Below are positions 53,906 through 63,148 of a DNA stretch of 64,000 bases, in pieces. The DNA is from an uncultured Anaerolineaceae bacterium (GTDB taxonomy: Bacteria > Chloroflexota > Anaerolineae > Anaerolineales > Anaerolineaceae), in contig CAZPIM010000001.1 of NCBI GenBank assembly GCA_964586385.1, forward strand, positions 24,710-88,709, given 5' to 3'. Made by a program: the position numbers and the translations under genes. The notes below the pieces were generated by a model that did no database searches, had not been told where the DNA came from, and saw only the letters and a list, made by a program, of their open reading frames with translations. Within the stretch, counting starts at the first letter, position 1. Every line of letters starts with the position of its first letter.

Positions 53906-54850
53906 TTATGGCTTTTTAGTTACTTTTTTACTAATATCATCTAAACGCGCGACTTCATTTGCATCCAGATGCCAATTAATCACATTGGAATTCTGAAAAG
54001 CCTGGTCCAGATTTTTTACTCCAGGAATCGGTAATGCACCTTTCGAAATAACCCAATTGATGGCGACTTGAGAAGCACTTTTTCCGCCATGATCCGCACC
54101 GATTTTTTTTAAAGTCTCAATTAATGGTTTAAATCTTTGTAAATCGATTTTAGAAAACTTACTTGCACGCATACCTTTGAGGGGGTTCTCGTCCGAATAT
54201 TTTCCTGAAAGTATCCCCATCCCAATAGGGCTATACGCAATACATTTTATTCCAAGGTCATTGCAGGTTTTTAAGACACCATTCTCTTCAATTTCACGGT
54301 TCAGTAAGCTATATTCCACCTGATTCGATGCTAAATTCACACCTTGTTTGGCTAATGCTTCGTAGGCACGATGTGTCTGCTCTGCACTAAAATTTGAGAC
54401 TCCAACCGCCGCTATCAAATCTTGATGTTTTGCGTCTGCCATATATTGCATCCACGTCTCAATTCTTAGAGGCGGCAAGGGCATGTGTAATTGATATAAA
54501 TCAATTTTTTGTAAATTTAATCTTGCAAGACTAGATTTTAATGCTTTTGTAAAACTTTTATGATTTAGTCTCCATGGAAACGGCATGATCTTAGAAGCGA
54601 TTTTGAATTTGACATTCGAATTTTTGATCAACTCCCCTAAAATGAGTTCGGATTTTCCCTGCCCATAAACTTCTGCCGTGTCAAAAAATGTAATACCATT
54701 TTCTATACAGGAATTGAAGGCTTCCTGAATATCTTTTTCTGCATAGGTACTACCAAATCCCCAATACAAGCGGTCACCCCAAGCCCATGTGCCAATTCCT
54801 ATTTCTACTCCATCAAAAAATGGATGGAATTTTTGATTTTCATATTCCAT
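53906..54850 (-). CDS. Aldo/keto reductase
   Basis: 314 aa. The AKR pattern is present: FDTAEVYGQGKSE, IASK, LYQLHMP and IPGVKN. Confidence 0.9.
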   Translation of the reverse strand: MEYENQKFHPFFDGVEIGIGTWAWGDRLYWGFGSTYAEKDIQEAFNSCIENGITFFDTAEVYGQGKSELILGELIKNSNVKFKIASKIMPFPWRLNHKSFTKALKSSLARLNLQKIDLYQLHMPLPPLRIETWMQYMADAKHQDLIAAVGVSNFSAEQTHRAYEALAKQGVNLASNQVEYSLLNREIEENGVLKTCNDLGIKCIAYSPIGMGILSGKYSDENPLKGMRASKFSKIDLQRFKPLIETLKKIGADHGGKSASQVAINWVISKGALPIPGVKNLDQAFQNSNVINWHLDANEVARLDDISKKVTKKP

Positions 54851-54924
54851 TGTTCCCTCACCACGATTTCGTTACATCATTATACATGATCATGTTTTTT
54901 GCAATATTGCATCCTTTGTGTCTC

Positions 54925-54953
54925 TTGCACAAAAATACGCATCAACTTAGAAT
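54925..54953 (+). promoter_or_regulatory. Sigma-70-type promoter candidate for mutS
   Basis: TTGCAC (54925-54930), a 17-nt spacer, then TAGAAT (54948-54953). The -10 element ends 8 nt before the ATG at 54962, and no SD sequence is visible. Confidence 0.4.
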
Positions 54954-54961
54954 CAATGATT

Positions 54962-57538
54962 ATGAGTACTGATGACATAACTCCCATACGAAAACAATAT
55001 CTTGAAATCAAAAAACAATATCCAGATTCGATCGTTTTCTTTCGATTAGGTGATTTTTATGAAACCTTTGATCGAGATGCCGAAACCACATCTCGCGAAT
55101 TGGATATTGTTCTTACTTCCAGAAATGTAGCCAAAGGAATGCGAATTCCGATGGCTGGTATTCCATACCATGCTGTAGAAAATTATTTAGGCAGATTAAT
55201 AAATAAAGGATTTCATGTAGCAATTGCTGAACAAATTGGAGAACCCACAGGCAAAGGACTTGTCCACCGTGAAGTTGTCCGGGTGATAACACCAGGCACT
55301 GTTGTCGAACCAAGTTTATTAAAAAATGACTGGAACAATTATTTAGTAAGCGCAATCATAGCTGAAAACCATTTAGGAATTGCGTACGTTGATATTACGA
55401 CCGGAGAATTTTATTGCTCGGAAATGACCAGTAACGATCCTATCATCGATTTGCGTACCGAATTAACGCGACTTAATCCCGCGGAAGTGCTTATACCGGA
55501 ATCTCTTCGAATTCAAAATGAAATTGTTGGGCACATTACGACTTTAGCCAATTGGCATTTTGAATTGATCCGCTGTGAAGAAAATTTACGACAACAATTT
55601 AATACAACAACCCTGGATGGTTTTGGAGTTGCAGGATTTCCGAATGCCATACGAGCCGCAGGTGCGATCATCGATTATTTGCAAGATACCCAACCAACAG
55701 CATTAAAATTACTATCAAATCTTTCTATTTATTCAACATCCGAATTCATGAACCTGGATGCTGCTACCAGAAGAAATTTGGAGTTGACCGAAACAATACG
55801 TAAAAATGAAGCCAAAGGATCTTTATTGTACGTGCTCGATCGTACAACTACACCAATGGGGCACAGATTAATTCGACAATGGGTTTCAAAACCGCTTTTG
55901 GAGATTGATGAAATTTCCAGAAGACAAAATTCTGTAAAATTTTTTATTGGATCCGGGTTATTAAGGGCGGAATTGCTCCAGAAATTAAGATTCTTGAGTG
56001 ATTTGGAAAGATTGACTTCAAGGGTCATATCCGGACATGCAAACCCAAGAGATTTAACTGCCATCCGATCAACCTTACAAATAATCCCGGACATTCGGAC
56101 TTTATTACAAATTGACAATATTGACACAATTAAGTCTATAGTCGAAAGAATCAATTATTGCCGTCCTGAATCGGAACTTCTCCAATTAGCTATCGCTGAA
56201 GCCCCCCCTGCAACATTGCAAAATACAGGCGTAATAAAACCAGGTTATTCCAGTGAATTGGATCAGGTGATCTCGGCTTCACAAAATGCAAGAGATTGGA
56301 TCAATAACCTGGAAAATATTGAAAAAGAAAGAACAGGAATAAAAACTTTAAAAGTAGGTTATAACAAAGTATTTGGATATTTCATTGAAGTTACGAGAGC
56401 AAACGCAAATATCGTCCCGAGTGAATATATTCGTAAACAAACACTTGTGAATGCCGAGAGATTCATTACACCAGAGTTAAAGGAATATGAGACTCTTGTA
56501 CTAAATGCAGAAGATAGAATTAGAGAAATTGAAAATCGGATATTTAAACAGGTATGTGAAATCCTCTCACAATCCAGTAAAAAACTAATGGAAACAGCAC
56601 ATGCTTTAGCAGAATTGGATGTTCTTTTATCATTTTCTGAAATTGCAGTTTTAGGAAATTATGTTTGCCCGGAAATACTTAATGATTCCACACTTGAAAT
56701 TTACGACGGAAGACACCCGGTCGTCGAAACAAACATAACCAATCAAAGATTTGTACCTAATGATTCATTATTTGAACCAGGTGAAATCATACGGATAATC
56801 ACTGGTCCAAATATGAGCGGAAAAAGCACATTTTTGAGACAGGTAGCATTGATCGTTTTGATGGCTCAGATTGGTAGTTTTGTACCCGCAAGTTCCGCAA
56901 AAATTGGAATTACTGACCGTATTTTTACAAGAATAGGTGCCCAGGATGAAATTCATGCAGGACAATCTACCTTTATGGTGGAAATGATCGAGACTGCCAA
57001 CATCCTTAATCATGCCACAAACCGAAGTCTGTTAATTCTGGATGAAATTGGACGTGGAACATCCACATACGATGGCCTTTCTATCGCCTGGGCAGTTGTT
57101 GAATATATTCACAATCACCCAAAATTACGTTCCAGAACTTTGTTCGCTACTCATTATCACGAACTCACACAATTAAGCGATCTATTCCCCGGTGTGAGGA
57201 ATTACAATGTTGCCGTTTCCGAAGCAGACAACACAGTCGTGTTTCTCCATAAAATCGTTCAAGGTGGGACTGACAGGTCGTATGGAATCCACGTCGGACA
57301 ATTGGCAGGACTACCTCGCCCTGTTGTCCAACGTGCCTCAGAAATCTTACGACAATTAGAATTGAGTTCCGGAAAAGCTGTCAAGCACGATATGATGAGT
57401 GCACAACAAATGATACTTTTTCCTGAAACCAATCCAATTTTAAAATCACTGGAAGAGATGGATTTAAATTCATTAAGCCCAATTGAAGCATTGAATAGAC
57501 TCTATGAATGGAAAAGAAATTTCCTTAAACCAAAGTGA
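54962..57538 (+). CDS. mutS: DNA mismatch repair protein MutS
   Basis: MSTDDITPIRKQYLEIKKQYPDSIVFFRLGDFYETF is the canonical MutS N-terminus. Walker A is GPNMSGKSTFLRQ, and DEIGRGTSTYDG is present. The upstream extension in the ORF track (54899) is unlikely to be translated. Confidence 0.95.
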   Translation: MSTDDITPIRKQYLEIKKQYPDSIVFFRLGDFYETFDRDAETTSRELDIVLTSRNVAKGMRIPMAGIPYHAVENYLGRLINKGFHVAIAEQIGEPTGKGLVHREVVRVITPGTVVEPSLLKNDWNNYLVSAIIAENHLGIAYVDITTGEFYCSEMTSNDPIIDLRTELTRLNPAEVLIPESLRIQNEIVGHITTLANWHFELIRCEENLRQQFNTTTLDGFGVAGFPNAIRAAGAIIDYLQDTQPTALKLLSNLSIYSTSEFMNLDAATRRNLELTETIRKNEAKGSLLYVLDRTTTPMGHRLIRQWVSKPLLEIDEISRRQNSVKFFIGSGLLRAELLQKLRFLSDLERLTSRVISGHANPRDLTAIRSTLQIIPDIRTLLQIDNIDTIKSIVERINYCRPESELLQLAIAEAPPATLQNTGVIKPGYSSELDQVISASQNARDWINNLENIEKERTGIKTLKVGYNKVFGYFIEVTRANANIVPSEYIRKQTLVNAERFITPELKEYETLVLNAEDRIREIENRIFKQVCEILSQSSKKLMETAHALAELDVLLSFSEIAVLGNYVCPEILNDSTLEIYDGRHPVVETNITNQRFVPNDSLFEPGEIIRIITGPNMSGKSTFLRQVALIVLMAQIGSFVPASSAKIGITDRIFTRIGAQDEIHAGQSTFMVEMIETANILNHATNRSLLILDEIGRGTSTYDGLSIAWAVVEYIHNHPKLRSRTLFATHYHELTQLSDLFPGVRNYNVAVSEADNTVVFLHKIVQGGTDRSYGIHVGQLAGLPRPVVQRASEILRQLELSSGKAVKHDMMSAQQMILFPETNPILKSLEEMDLNSLSPIEALNRLYEWKRNFLKPK

Positions 57539-57540
57539 TT

Positions 57541-59001
57541 TTAGTTTTGAGTTCGTATTGGAAAAAATTGTTTTGATCGTTGATATTGCTGAGAAAAAAT
57601 GATATCTCCGCTTACTAATGTTCTTTGACTCAATATTTTCTTAAACAATGGCAAAACAGTGTCGTAAAATACGTTTTGCGTTGCAATTTCAGTCCAATAT
57701 ATCGCATGAGCGGCATATGAAACAACATTTTGCGGTTCAATCCTGTCAAAATCGTCAAAAAACCAACCGCATGATGTGTTCATTCTTTGCCGTTCTACCT
57801 GGGCGATTAATAAATATTGGATCTTAATACCTTCTGCTTCAGAAATTGGGCGATTAAGATATTTTCTCATAAATTGATCAAAATTAAGATCATCATTGAT
57901 CACTTCCCAATAAGCTTTACGGATTGACCAAACATCCTGCACGAACTTTTTCATGAATAACTCATATTCACGATCAACGATATCTGCGACCTGATCAATT
58001 GCTTCTCGTAATTGTTTTTTCCAATCACTTAGCGGAGTACAATCACATCCTGTTGACCAGCGTGCTACACCATGATGACAACTCCAGGAAGTCATTTCCC
58101 GAATCTTAATTGTCTTTTGTGGTGGATGTTGTCTGAACCAAAGTGCTGGAAAACTGTGTTGAATTGTTCGGGATGTTAATGCGCCATTCATCAGGTGATC
58201 TAAGAATTTATCGCGGAATGGTTGGTGATGACCATAAAGCTCCCCATCCGATGCAACCAGAATAAATTTTGGTTGTCCAGGTGCGCTTGAATTCTTTAAA
58301 CGCGGTAATATTTCTTCCATCGCAAATCGGTCAGCATTAATAGTTGAATTAGGTTCAAAACTGATTTTTGTACTTAAATCCATGTGATAAAAGAAAACAC
58401 CTATTTTTAGGTTGTTTTCTAATTCTACCCAGTAAGGTTGACTGACATCTAAATGTTGGGTATCCGCCTGCCATGGAGCAAGAATCGTAAATTCAATTCC
58501 ATTCTCAGCCATGATTTGAAGACTTTCCAAATCTACAGCAGTCTCAGGCAACCACATTCCGGTAGGTGCATGACCAAAACGCTTTTTAAAGTCTAGAATC
58601 CCCCACTCGATTTGAGTTTCTTTATCTTCCTTTTTCGAAAGCGGTAATATCGTATGGTGATAAGGTTGCGCTAATGCATTACCAACACCGTAAACTTCAT
58701 AATTATAATTTTCCTGTTTGATGATTTCTTTTACAGTCTCGGGGTAGTTTTTTTCCATCCAATCAAATAATGTTGGTCCGATATTAAAACTTATCCGTTC
58801 AAAATTTCTAAGATCAGTATTTGGTTTATAACAATGATGAAAAATCAATTCATTCCAGTTATTAAAAGGTACTGCTCCGCGTTCTATGGGAATTTGCCCT
58901 GTTATGGGATCTTCCCGATAAGGTTGATAAAAATGGCCGTGAATTCCAAATGCGATGTCATCAATCATGAGTTCTGTTCCTTCAGTAAAAAAATCATACA
59001 A
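57541..59001 (-). CDS. Glycoside hydrolase family 57 protein
   Basis: 486 aa. GIHGHFYQP and ASDGELYGHH are GH57-type motifs. An alternative start at M12 (58968) would remove the overlap with the upstream gene. Confidence 0.8.
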   Translation of the reverse strand: MYDFFTEGTELMIDDIAFGIHGHFYQPYREDPITGQIPIERGAVPFNNWNELIFHHCYKPNTDLRNFERISFNIGPTLFDWMEKNYPETVKEIIKQENYNYEVYGVGNALAQPYHHTILPLSKKEDKETQIEWGILDFKKRFGHAPTGMWLPETAVDLESLQIMAENGIEFTILAPWQADTQHLDVSQPYWVELENNLKIGVFFYHMDLSTKISFEPNSTINADRFAMEEILPRLKNSSAPGQPKFILVASDGELYGHHQPFRDKFLDHLMNGALTSRTIQHSFPALWFRQHPPQKTIKIREMTSWSCHHGVARWSTGCDCTPLSDWKKQLREAIDQVADIVDREYELFMKKFVQDVWSIRKAYWEVINDDLNFDQFMRKYLNRPISEAEGIKIQYLLIAQVERQRMNTSCGWFFDDFDRIEPQNVVSYAAHAIYWTEIATQNVFYDTVLPLFKKILSQRTLVSGDIIFSQQYQRSKQFFPIRTQN

Positions 59002-59896
59002 TTAATTCGTTCTGCAGAAAATTAATTTTCTGTGAAAACCTGGCAGGTAAAATCCCAAATTTTCTTGGTAATACATCCAAACGAGTAGTCCTATCTTCTG
59101 CTAGTGTATCTAACCAAAACAAGGAAACAGGGAATTTTTTCAAAAATTGATCCATGTATACAGCTAATATGCGCAAATATCCCGGTGATAATTGGATAAG
59201 TGAGCGTTTCAAGCCGATTGTATTTAATATCATTTCAACAATTTCCCGAAAAGTATAAACCTCTCCGCCACCAATTTCAAGAATCTCATTCAACGTTTCT
59301 TTATTTTCCATCGAGATTAATAAAGAAGTTATTAGATCATCAATCCATAAGGGTTGAAGTGCGCTTAGTCCATTCCCGGGGAGGAAAAAGAAACCAGGAG
59401 ATAATTTTAATAACCGTGCAAGAGAAACCACGAATTGATCCCCCGGGCCATAGACATTGGAGCATCGAAAAATAGTAAAGGGTATACCACTTTGTTCAAT
59501 CGATTTCTCTGCAATGGCTTTTGCTTTTAAAACCGGATAAGCAGAATTTTTATCCGATCCCAAATGACTCATGAAAAAAAAATGATTAATTTTAGATTGT
59601 TGAGCAGCTTCAATGATATTTTTTGTCCCGAGTATATCCACACCATTCAAATCCGCTCTGGTCGCTAACCGTTCTGTACCAGCAAAATGAAAAACAGTGT
59701 CAACATCCTTGAGGGCAGCCATTAATCCGCGAACATCATTCAAGCTACAAACTGTCACTTCTACAGGTGCATTTTTAGGTAAATTTGGAGATTGTTTTGA
59801 TGGTTTTAATAAAGTGCGAACCGGGTAGCCAAGAGACACCAGATTTCGTACCAGTGTTCTTCCGATAAACCCAGTTCCGCCTGTGACCAATATCAT
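58994..59896 (-). CDS. NAD(P)-binding SDR-family epimerase/dehydratase-like protein
   Basis: 300 aa with the Rossmann motif MILVTGGTGFIGRTLV. It is atypical or extended SDR-like. Substrate is unknown. Confidence 0.8.
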   Translation of the reverse strand: MILVTGGTGFIGRTLVRNLVSLGYPVRTLLKPSKQSPNLPKNAPVEVTVCSLNDVRGLMAALKDVDTVFHFAGTERLATRADLNGVDILGTKNIIEAAQQSKINHFFFMSHLGSDKNSAYPVLKAKAIAEKSIEQSGIPFTIFRCSNVYGPGDQFVVSLARLLKLSPGFFFLPGNGLSALQPLWIDDLITSLLISMENKETLNEILEIGGGEVYTFREIVEMILNTIGLKRSLIQLSPGYLRILAVYMDQFLKKFPVSLFWLDTLAEDRTTRLDVLPRKFGILPARFSQKINFLQNELIV

Positions 59897-60041
59897 TATT
59901 TTTAATTATAGCAGAGGATTGGTTGGATTAATTTTTTGCACAATTTTTCTCCGAAATTAATTAAGAAATCCATTGCTTAAAAACACAATTTGGCATAAGT
60001 CTTGCTACATAACAGATATTCCGAAATAGATTGAGGATTTT

Positions 60042-61382
60042 ATGTCTGAATTTGAAAAATATCAACAATATCGTCAAATTGGATTGCATTATTTTCCAGA
60101 TTCATTGCATTATCGAAATGAAGATATCAAAAAATGGATACCGGAATTTAAACGATTAAAAATATCCTGGCTTGTAGTAAAGTCCGAAACTGACAGAGCT
60201 ATACCTGAAGAATTTCTCCAATCATTAATTAAGGAGAAGATTTCTCCTATCATCACATTTAATTTGCCGATTAACACAAATATAAATAATCGGGAAATAA
60301 AAACATTATTCCAGGTCTATGCAAGATGGGGAGTTCGATATGTTGTCTTATTCGATCGACCAAATCAAAAATCCAACTGGACTGCCTCCAATTGGGTTCA
60401 AAATGACCTGGTTGATCGATTCCTCGATTTATATATTCCATTAGCGCGTTCAGCAATTGAAGAAGGACTCATCCCTGTTTTTCCACCGCTTGAGCCTGGA
60501 GGTAGTTATTGGGACACAGCTTTCTTGCGTGGATGCTTCACTAATCTTCAAAGAAGAAATCAAGAAATCATCATCAATAATTTAGTTCTATCTGCATACG
60601 CACATACTAATGGGAAAGATTTAAATTGGGGTTCTGGAGGACCTGAAAGATGGCCGGAAACTCGCCCGTATATAACTCCGGAAAATTCACAGGATCAAAA
60701 AGGATTTCGAATTTTTGAATGGTATCAGGCTATTGCCAAAGCTGTATTTCAAAAAGAATTAGGTATCATGCTTTTTCAGGCTGGGTTGAATAATTTTCCA
60801 GAAAATACATCTCCTAGAATGGATCAAAGAAATAATCCATGGAACACCCAATTAGAAATTATTAAATTATTGAAGAACAATAACAAACCGAAAAATAATG
60901 AAATTGGTGCATTCGAACCGATCCCACAAAATGTGTTGGCATGTAATTTTTATCAATTAGCAGACGAAGTTAGAACGGAAGAAAATAGTCATAGTTGGTA
61001 TGTAAATGGCCAACCACAATGTTCTTGTGTAGATGCGCTGATAGAAGAACAAAATCAAATAACAGAAAAAAATAGTTCCGGGAACCCCAAAGGATTTGTT
61101 TCAGATGATATTCATCCAATTCGCCATTATGTTTTATTACCGGTGTATGAATCCGGTGTTTCGGATTGGCACTTAAAAGTAGTACAGCCATTTGTAAAAA
61201 AATACCATGCGACGGTCGGTTTTTCCTTAAACGAAGCGTTACTTGCGGCGAATGTAACGGTAGTTGCAAGTTCGAAATCCATACCGGAAGAATGCCTCAA
61301 TGATTTACGAAAAGCTGGATGTTCCGTCGAGCGAATTAGCGGAGATGGCACAAGTATTGCAACACAATTGTTAGAGAGGTGA
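60042..61382 (+). CDS. Hypothetical protein immediately upstream of ftsZ
   Basis: 446 aa. The N-terminal two-thirds faintly resemble a glycoside-hydrolase-like TIM barrel (WGVRYVVLFDRPNQ, PPLEPGG), but I cannot place catalytic residues. The stop lies 3 nt before the ftsZ ATG. Confidence 0.55.
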   Translation: MSEFEKYQQYRQIGLHYFPDSLHYRNEDIKKWIPEFKRLKISWLVVKSETDRAIPEEFLQSLIKEKISPIITFNLPINTNINNREIKTLFQVYARWGVRYVVLFDRPNQKSNWTASNWVQNDLVDRFLDLYIPLARSAIEEGLIPVFPPLEPGGSYWDTAFLRGCFTNLQRRNQEIIINNLVLSAYAHTNGKDLNWGSGGPERWPETRPYITPENSQDQKGFRIFEWYQAIAKAVFQKELGIMLFQAGLNNFPENTSPRMDQRNNPWNTQLEIIKLLKNNNKPKNNEIGAFEPIPQNVLACNFYQLADEVRTEENSHSWYVNGQPQCSCVDALIEEQNQITEKNSSGNPKGFVSDDIHPIRHYVLLPVYESGVSDWHLKVVQPFVKKYHATVGFSLNEALLAANVTVVASSKSIPEECLNDLRKAGCSVERISGDGTSIATQLLER

Positions 61383-61385
61383 TAA

Positions 61386-62528
61386 ATGAACAATTTCCAA
61401 AGTCAAACCAATAGCAATCCTTACGAATTCAAACCATTCAAACCTGTCATGAAAGTCATCGGACTGGGTGGTGGTGGCTCCAATGCTGTAAATCGAATGA
61501 TTGAACTCGGTCTTCCGGGAATTGATTTTATTGCAGCCAATACGGATGCCCAGGCGTTAAAATCCTCTTTGGCACCGACCAAAGTCCAAATCGGACCATT
61601 GATTACACGTGGACTTGGTGCTGGTGGAAATCCGCAAATTGGATATGACGCAGCGCGTGAAAGTGTCCAAAACCTTGCTGATGCACTTGAAGGTGCTGAT
61701 ATGGTCTTTTTAACAGCAGGTATGGGTGGTGGAACCGGGACCGGTGCAATATCGATTGCTGCACAAGTTGCAAAACATATGGGTGCGGTCACCATAGCGA
61801 TTGTGACAACTCCTTTTGGATTTGAAATGGGTCGTCGTCAAGCGAACGCCCAAGAAGGGCTTGCCCGGTTAAGACAACAAGTTGATACATTAATCACCAT
61901 CCCGAATGACCGCTTACTAAAAATTGCTCCAAGAGATTTACCACTTGATATGGCATTTCGACTTGCTGATGATGTTCTTCGCCAGGGAATTCAAGGTATA
62001 TCAGAGTTAATCAACCAGACCGGATATATTAATATAGATTTTTCACATATTCGCAACATTATGAAGAATGGCGGCGGATCACTTCTCTCCATCGGTATCG
62101 GAAAAGGAAAAGAAAAAGCAAAACAAGCTGTACACAACGCCCTTCATCATCCATTGTTGGAATCAATCAATATCGAAAACGCAACGGGAATTATTGCAAA
62201 TATTACTGCAGGTGATGATCTTCCTTTCTCAGAAATTACAGAAGCTTTGAATCATCTTCATGAACTGACTAATCACAACGCCGAAGTTATTCCAGGTTTC
62301 ATCGTTGATCCCAGGCTTCAAGATAGATGCGAGATCATTCTGATCATAACTGGTCTTGGTGCTACACCGCTGGAAAATGTTCAAAATTATGTCAGAAGTG
62401 AAATTCCTTTAAAGCAATTCAACTTTTCTTCTCCTGCACCTGCACGTAAGGAATTTGAGAATGCCGAAGTATCAGTTAATACCTCGGACATCGACATCCC
62501 GGCGTTTTTACGAAGAAGAAGTCGCTAA
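61386..62528 (+). CDS. ftsZ: Cell division protein FtsZ
   Basis: 380 aa. It contains GLGGGGSNAVNRM, the tubulin signature GMGGGTGTGA, and the C-terminal conserved peptide DIDIPAFLRRR. Confidence 0.97.
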   Translation: MNNFQSQTNSNPYEFKPFKPVMKVIGLGGGGSNAVNRMIELGLPGIDFIAANTDAQALKSSLAPTKVQIGPLITRGLGAGGNPQIGYDAARESVQNLADALEGADMVFLTAGMGGGTGTGAISIAAQVAKHMGAVTIAIVTTPFGFEMGRRQANAQEGLARLRQQVDTLITIPNDRLLKIAPRDLPLDMAFRLADDVLRQGIQGISELINQTGYINIDFSHIRNIMKNGGGSLLSIGIGKGKEKAKQAVHNALHHPLLESINIENATGIIANITAGDDLPFSEITEALNHLHELTNHNAEVIPGFIVDPRLQDRCEIILIITGLGATPLENVQNYVRSEIPLKQFNFSSPAPARKEFENAEVSVNTSDIDIPAFLRRRSR

Positions 62529-62548
62529 GTTAGTGAATTGAGGATACA

Positions 62549-62752
62549 TTGAACGAGATTTATCAACAGGTTTACCAAAAATTCCCCGAAGTTTCTGGAA
62601 AAACACCAGTCAAGCATGTTCAACCGGACGGTCAAACATTGTTGGTATTCAAGGGGCAGGGAATTGGTCCAAATGGTACACGTATAGCAAGAATTGTTCG
62701 TGTCCTGGTAAACGACAAAGGAAAAATCGTAAAAATGACTACCTCCCGATAG
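62549..62752 (+). CDS. Hypothetical small protein (67 aa, TTG start)
   Basis: ORF 20 nt downstream of ftsZ, with a GAGGA-like RBS. It looks beta-rich and I recognise no motif. Confidence 0.4.
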   Translation: MNEIYQQVYQKFPEVSGKTPVKHVQPDGQTLLVFKGQGIGPNGTRIARIVRVLVNDKGKIVKMTTSR

Positions 62753-62770
62753 GTAAGATTGGAGAATAAA

Positions 62771-62989
62771 ATGAACGCATTCTTAAAAAAATACGAATTA
62801 ATCTTTTGGGACACTTTGACTGTATTGATGGCAAATTCAAAATTTGTACAAAAAACCATTCGAATTGCTTATCCAATATTTCAAGGGATTGACTATAAAA
62901 AATTATTAAAAGCAATCACAATTTCTGGAGTCTCTGGTTTTACTACAGGTTGGTTAATTTATTATGCGATCCTGTTTTTCAAAAACTAA
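62771..62989 (+). CDS. Hypothetical small membrane protein (72 aa)
   Basis: The ATG at 62771 is preceded by GGAGA. The C-terminal hydrophobic helix reads ISGVSGFTTGWLIYYAILFF. Confidence 0.4.
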   Translation: MNAFLKKYELIFWDTLTVLMANSKFVQKTIRIAYPIFQGIDYKKLLKAITISGVSGFTTGWLIYYAILFFKN

Positions 62990-63011
62990 TACTAGATTTT
63001 TGTAAAAAATA

Positions 63012-63041
63012 AAAATTGGTCAGGTTTGGCCAATTTTTTTA
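63012..63041 (+). terminator. Intrinsic terminator closing the ftsZ cluster
   Basis: AAAAATTGGTCA pairs with TGGCCAATTTTT (one G-U pair) around a GGTT loop, followed by a T-run. Confidence 0.55.
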
Positions 63042-63148
63042 TTTATATATATAACTAACAAAATGCCGCATAAAGATGATTTTTTACCAAATGCTTTTCG
63101 CATGCTAAAATAAATTCTGGATCAATGAAAAAATAGTAGAATTGAGAT

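Noticed and set aside
60905-60930. A minus-strand GGTTCGAAT string resembles a tRNA T-loop.
   Set aside because: The flanking bases cannot form a T-stem or an acceptor stem, and it lies inside a continuous 446-aa ORF. I found no convincing tRNA, rRNA or tmRNA signature anywhere in the window.
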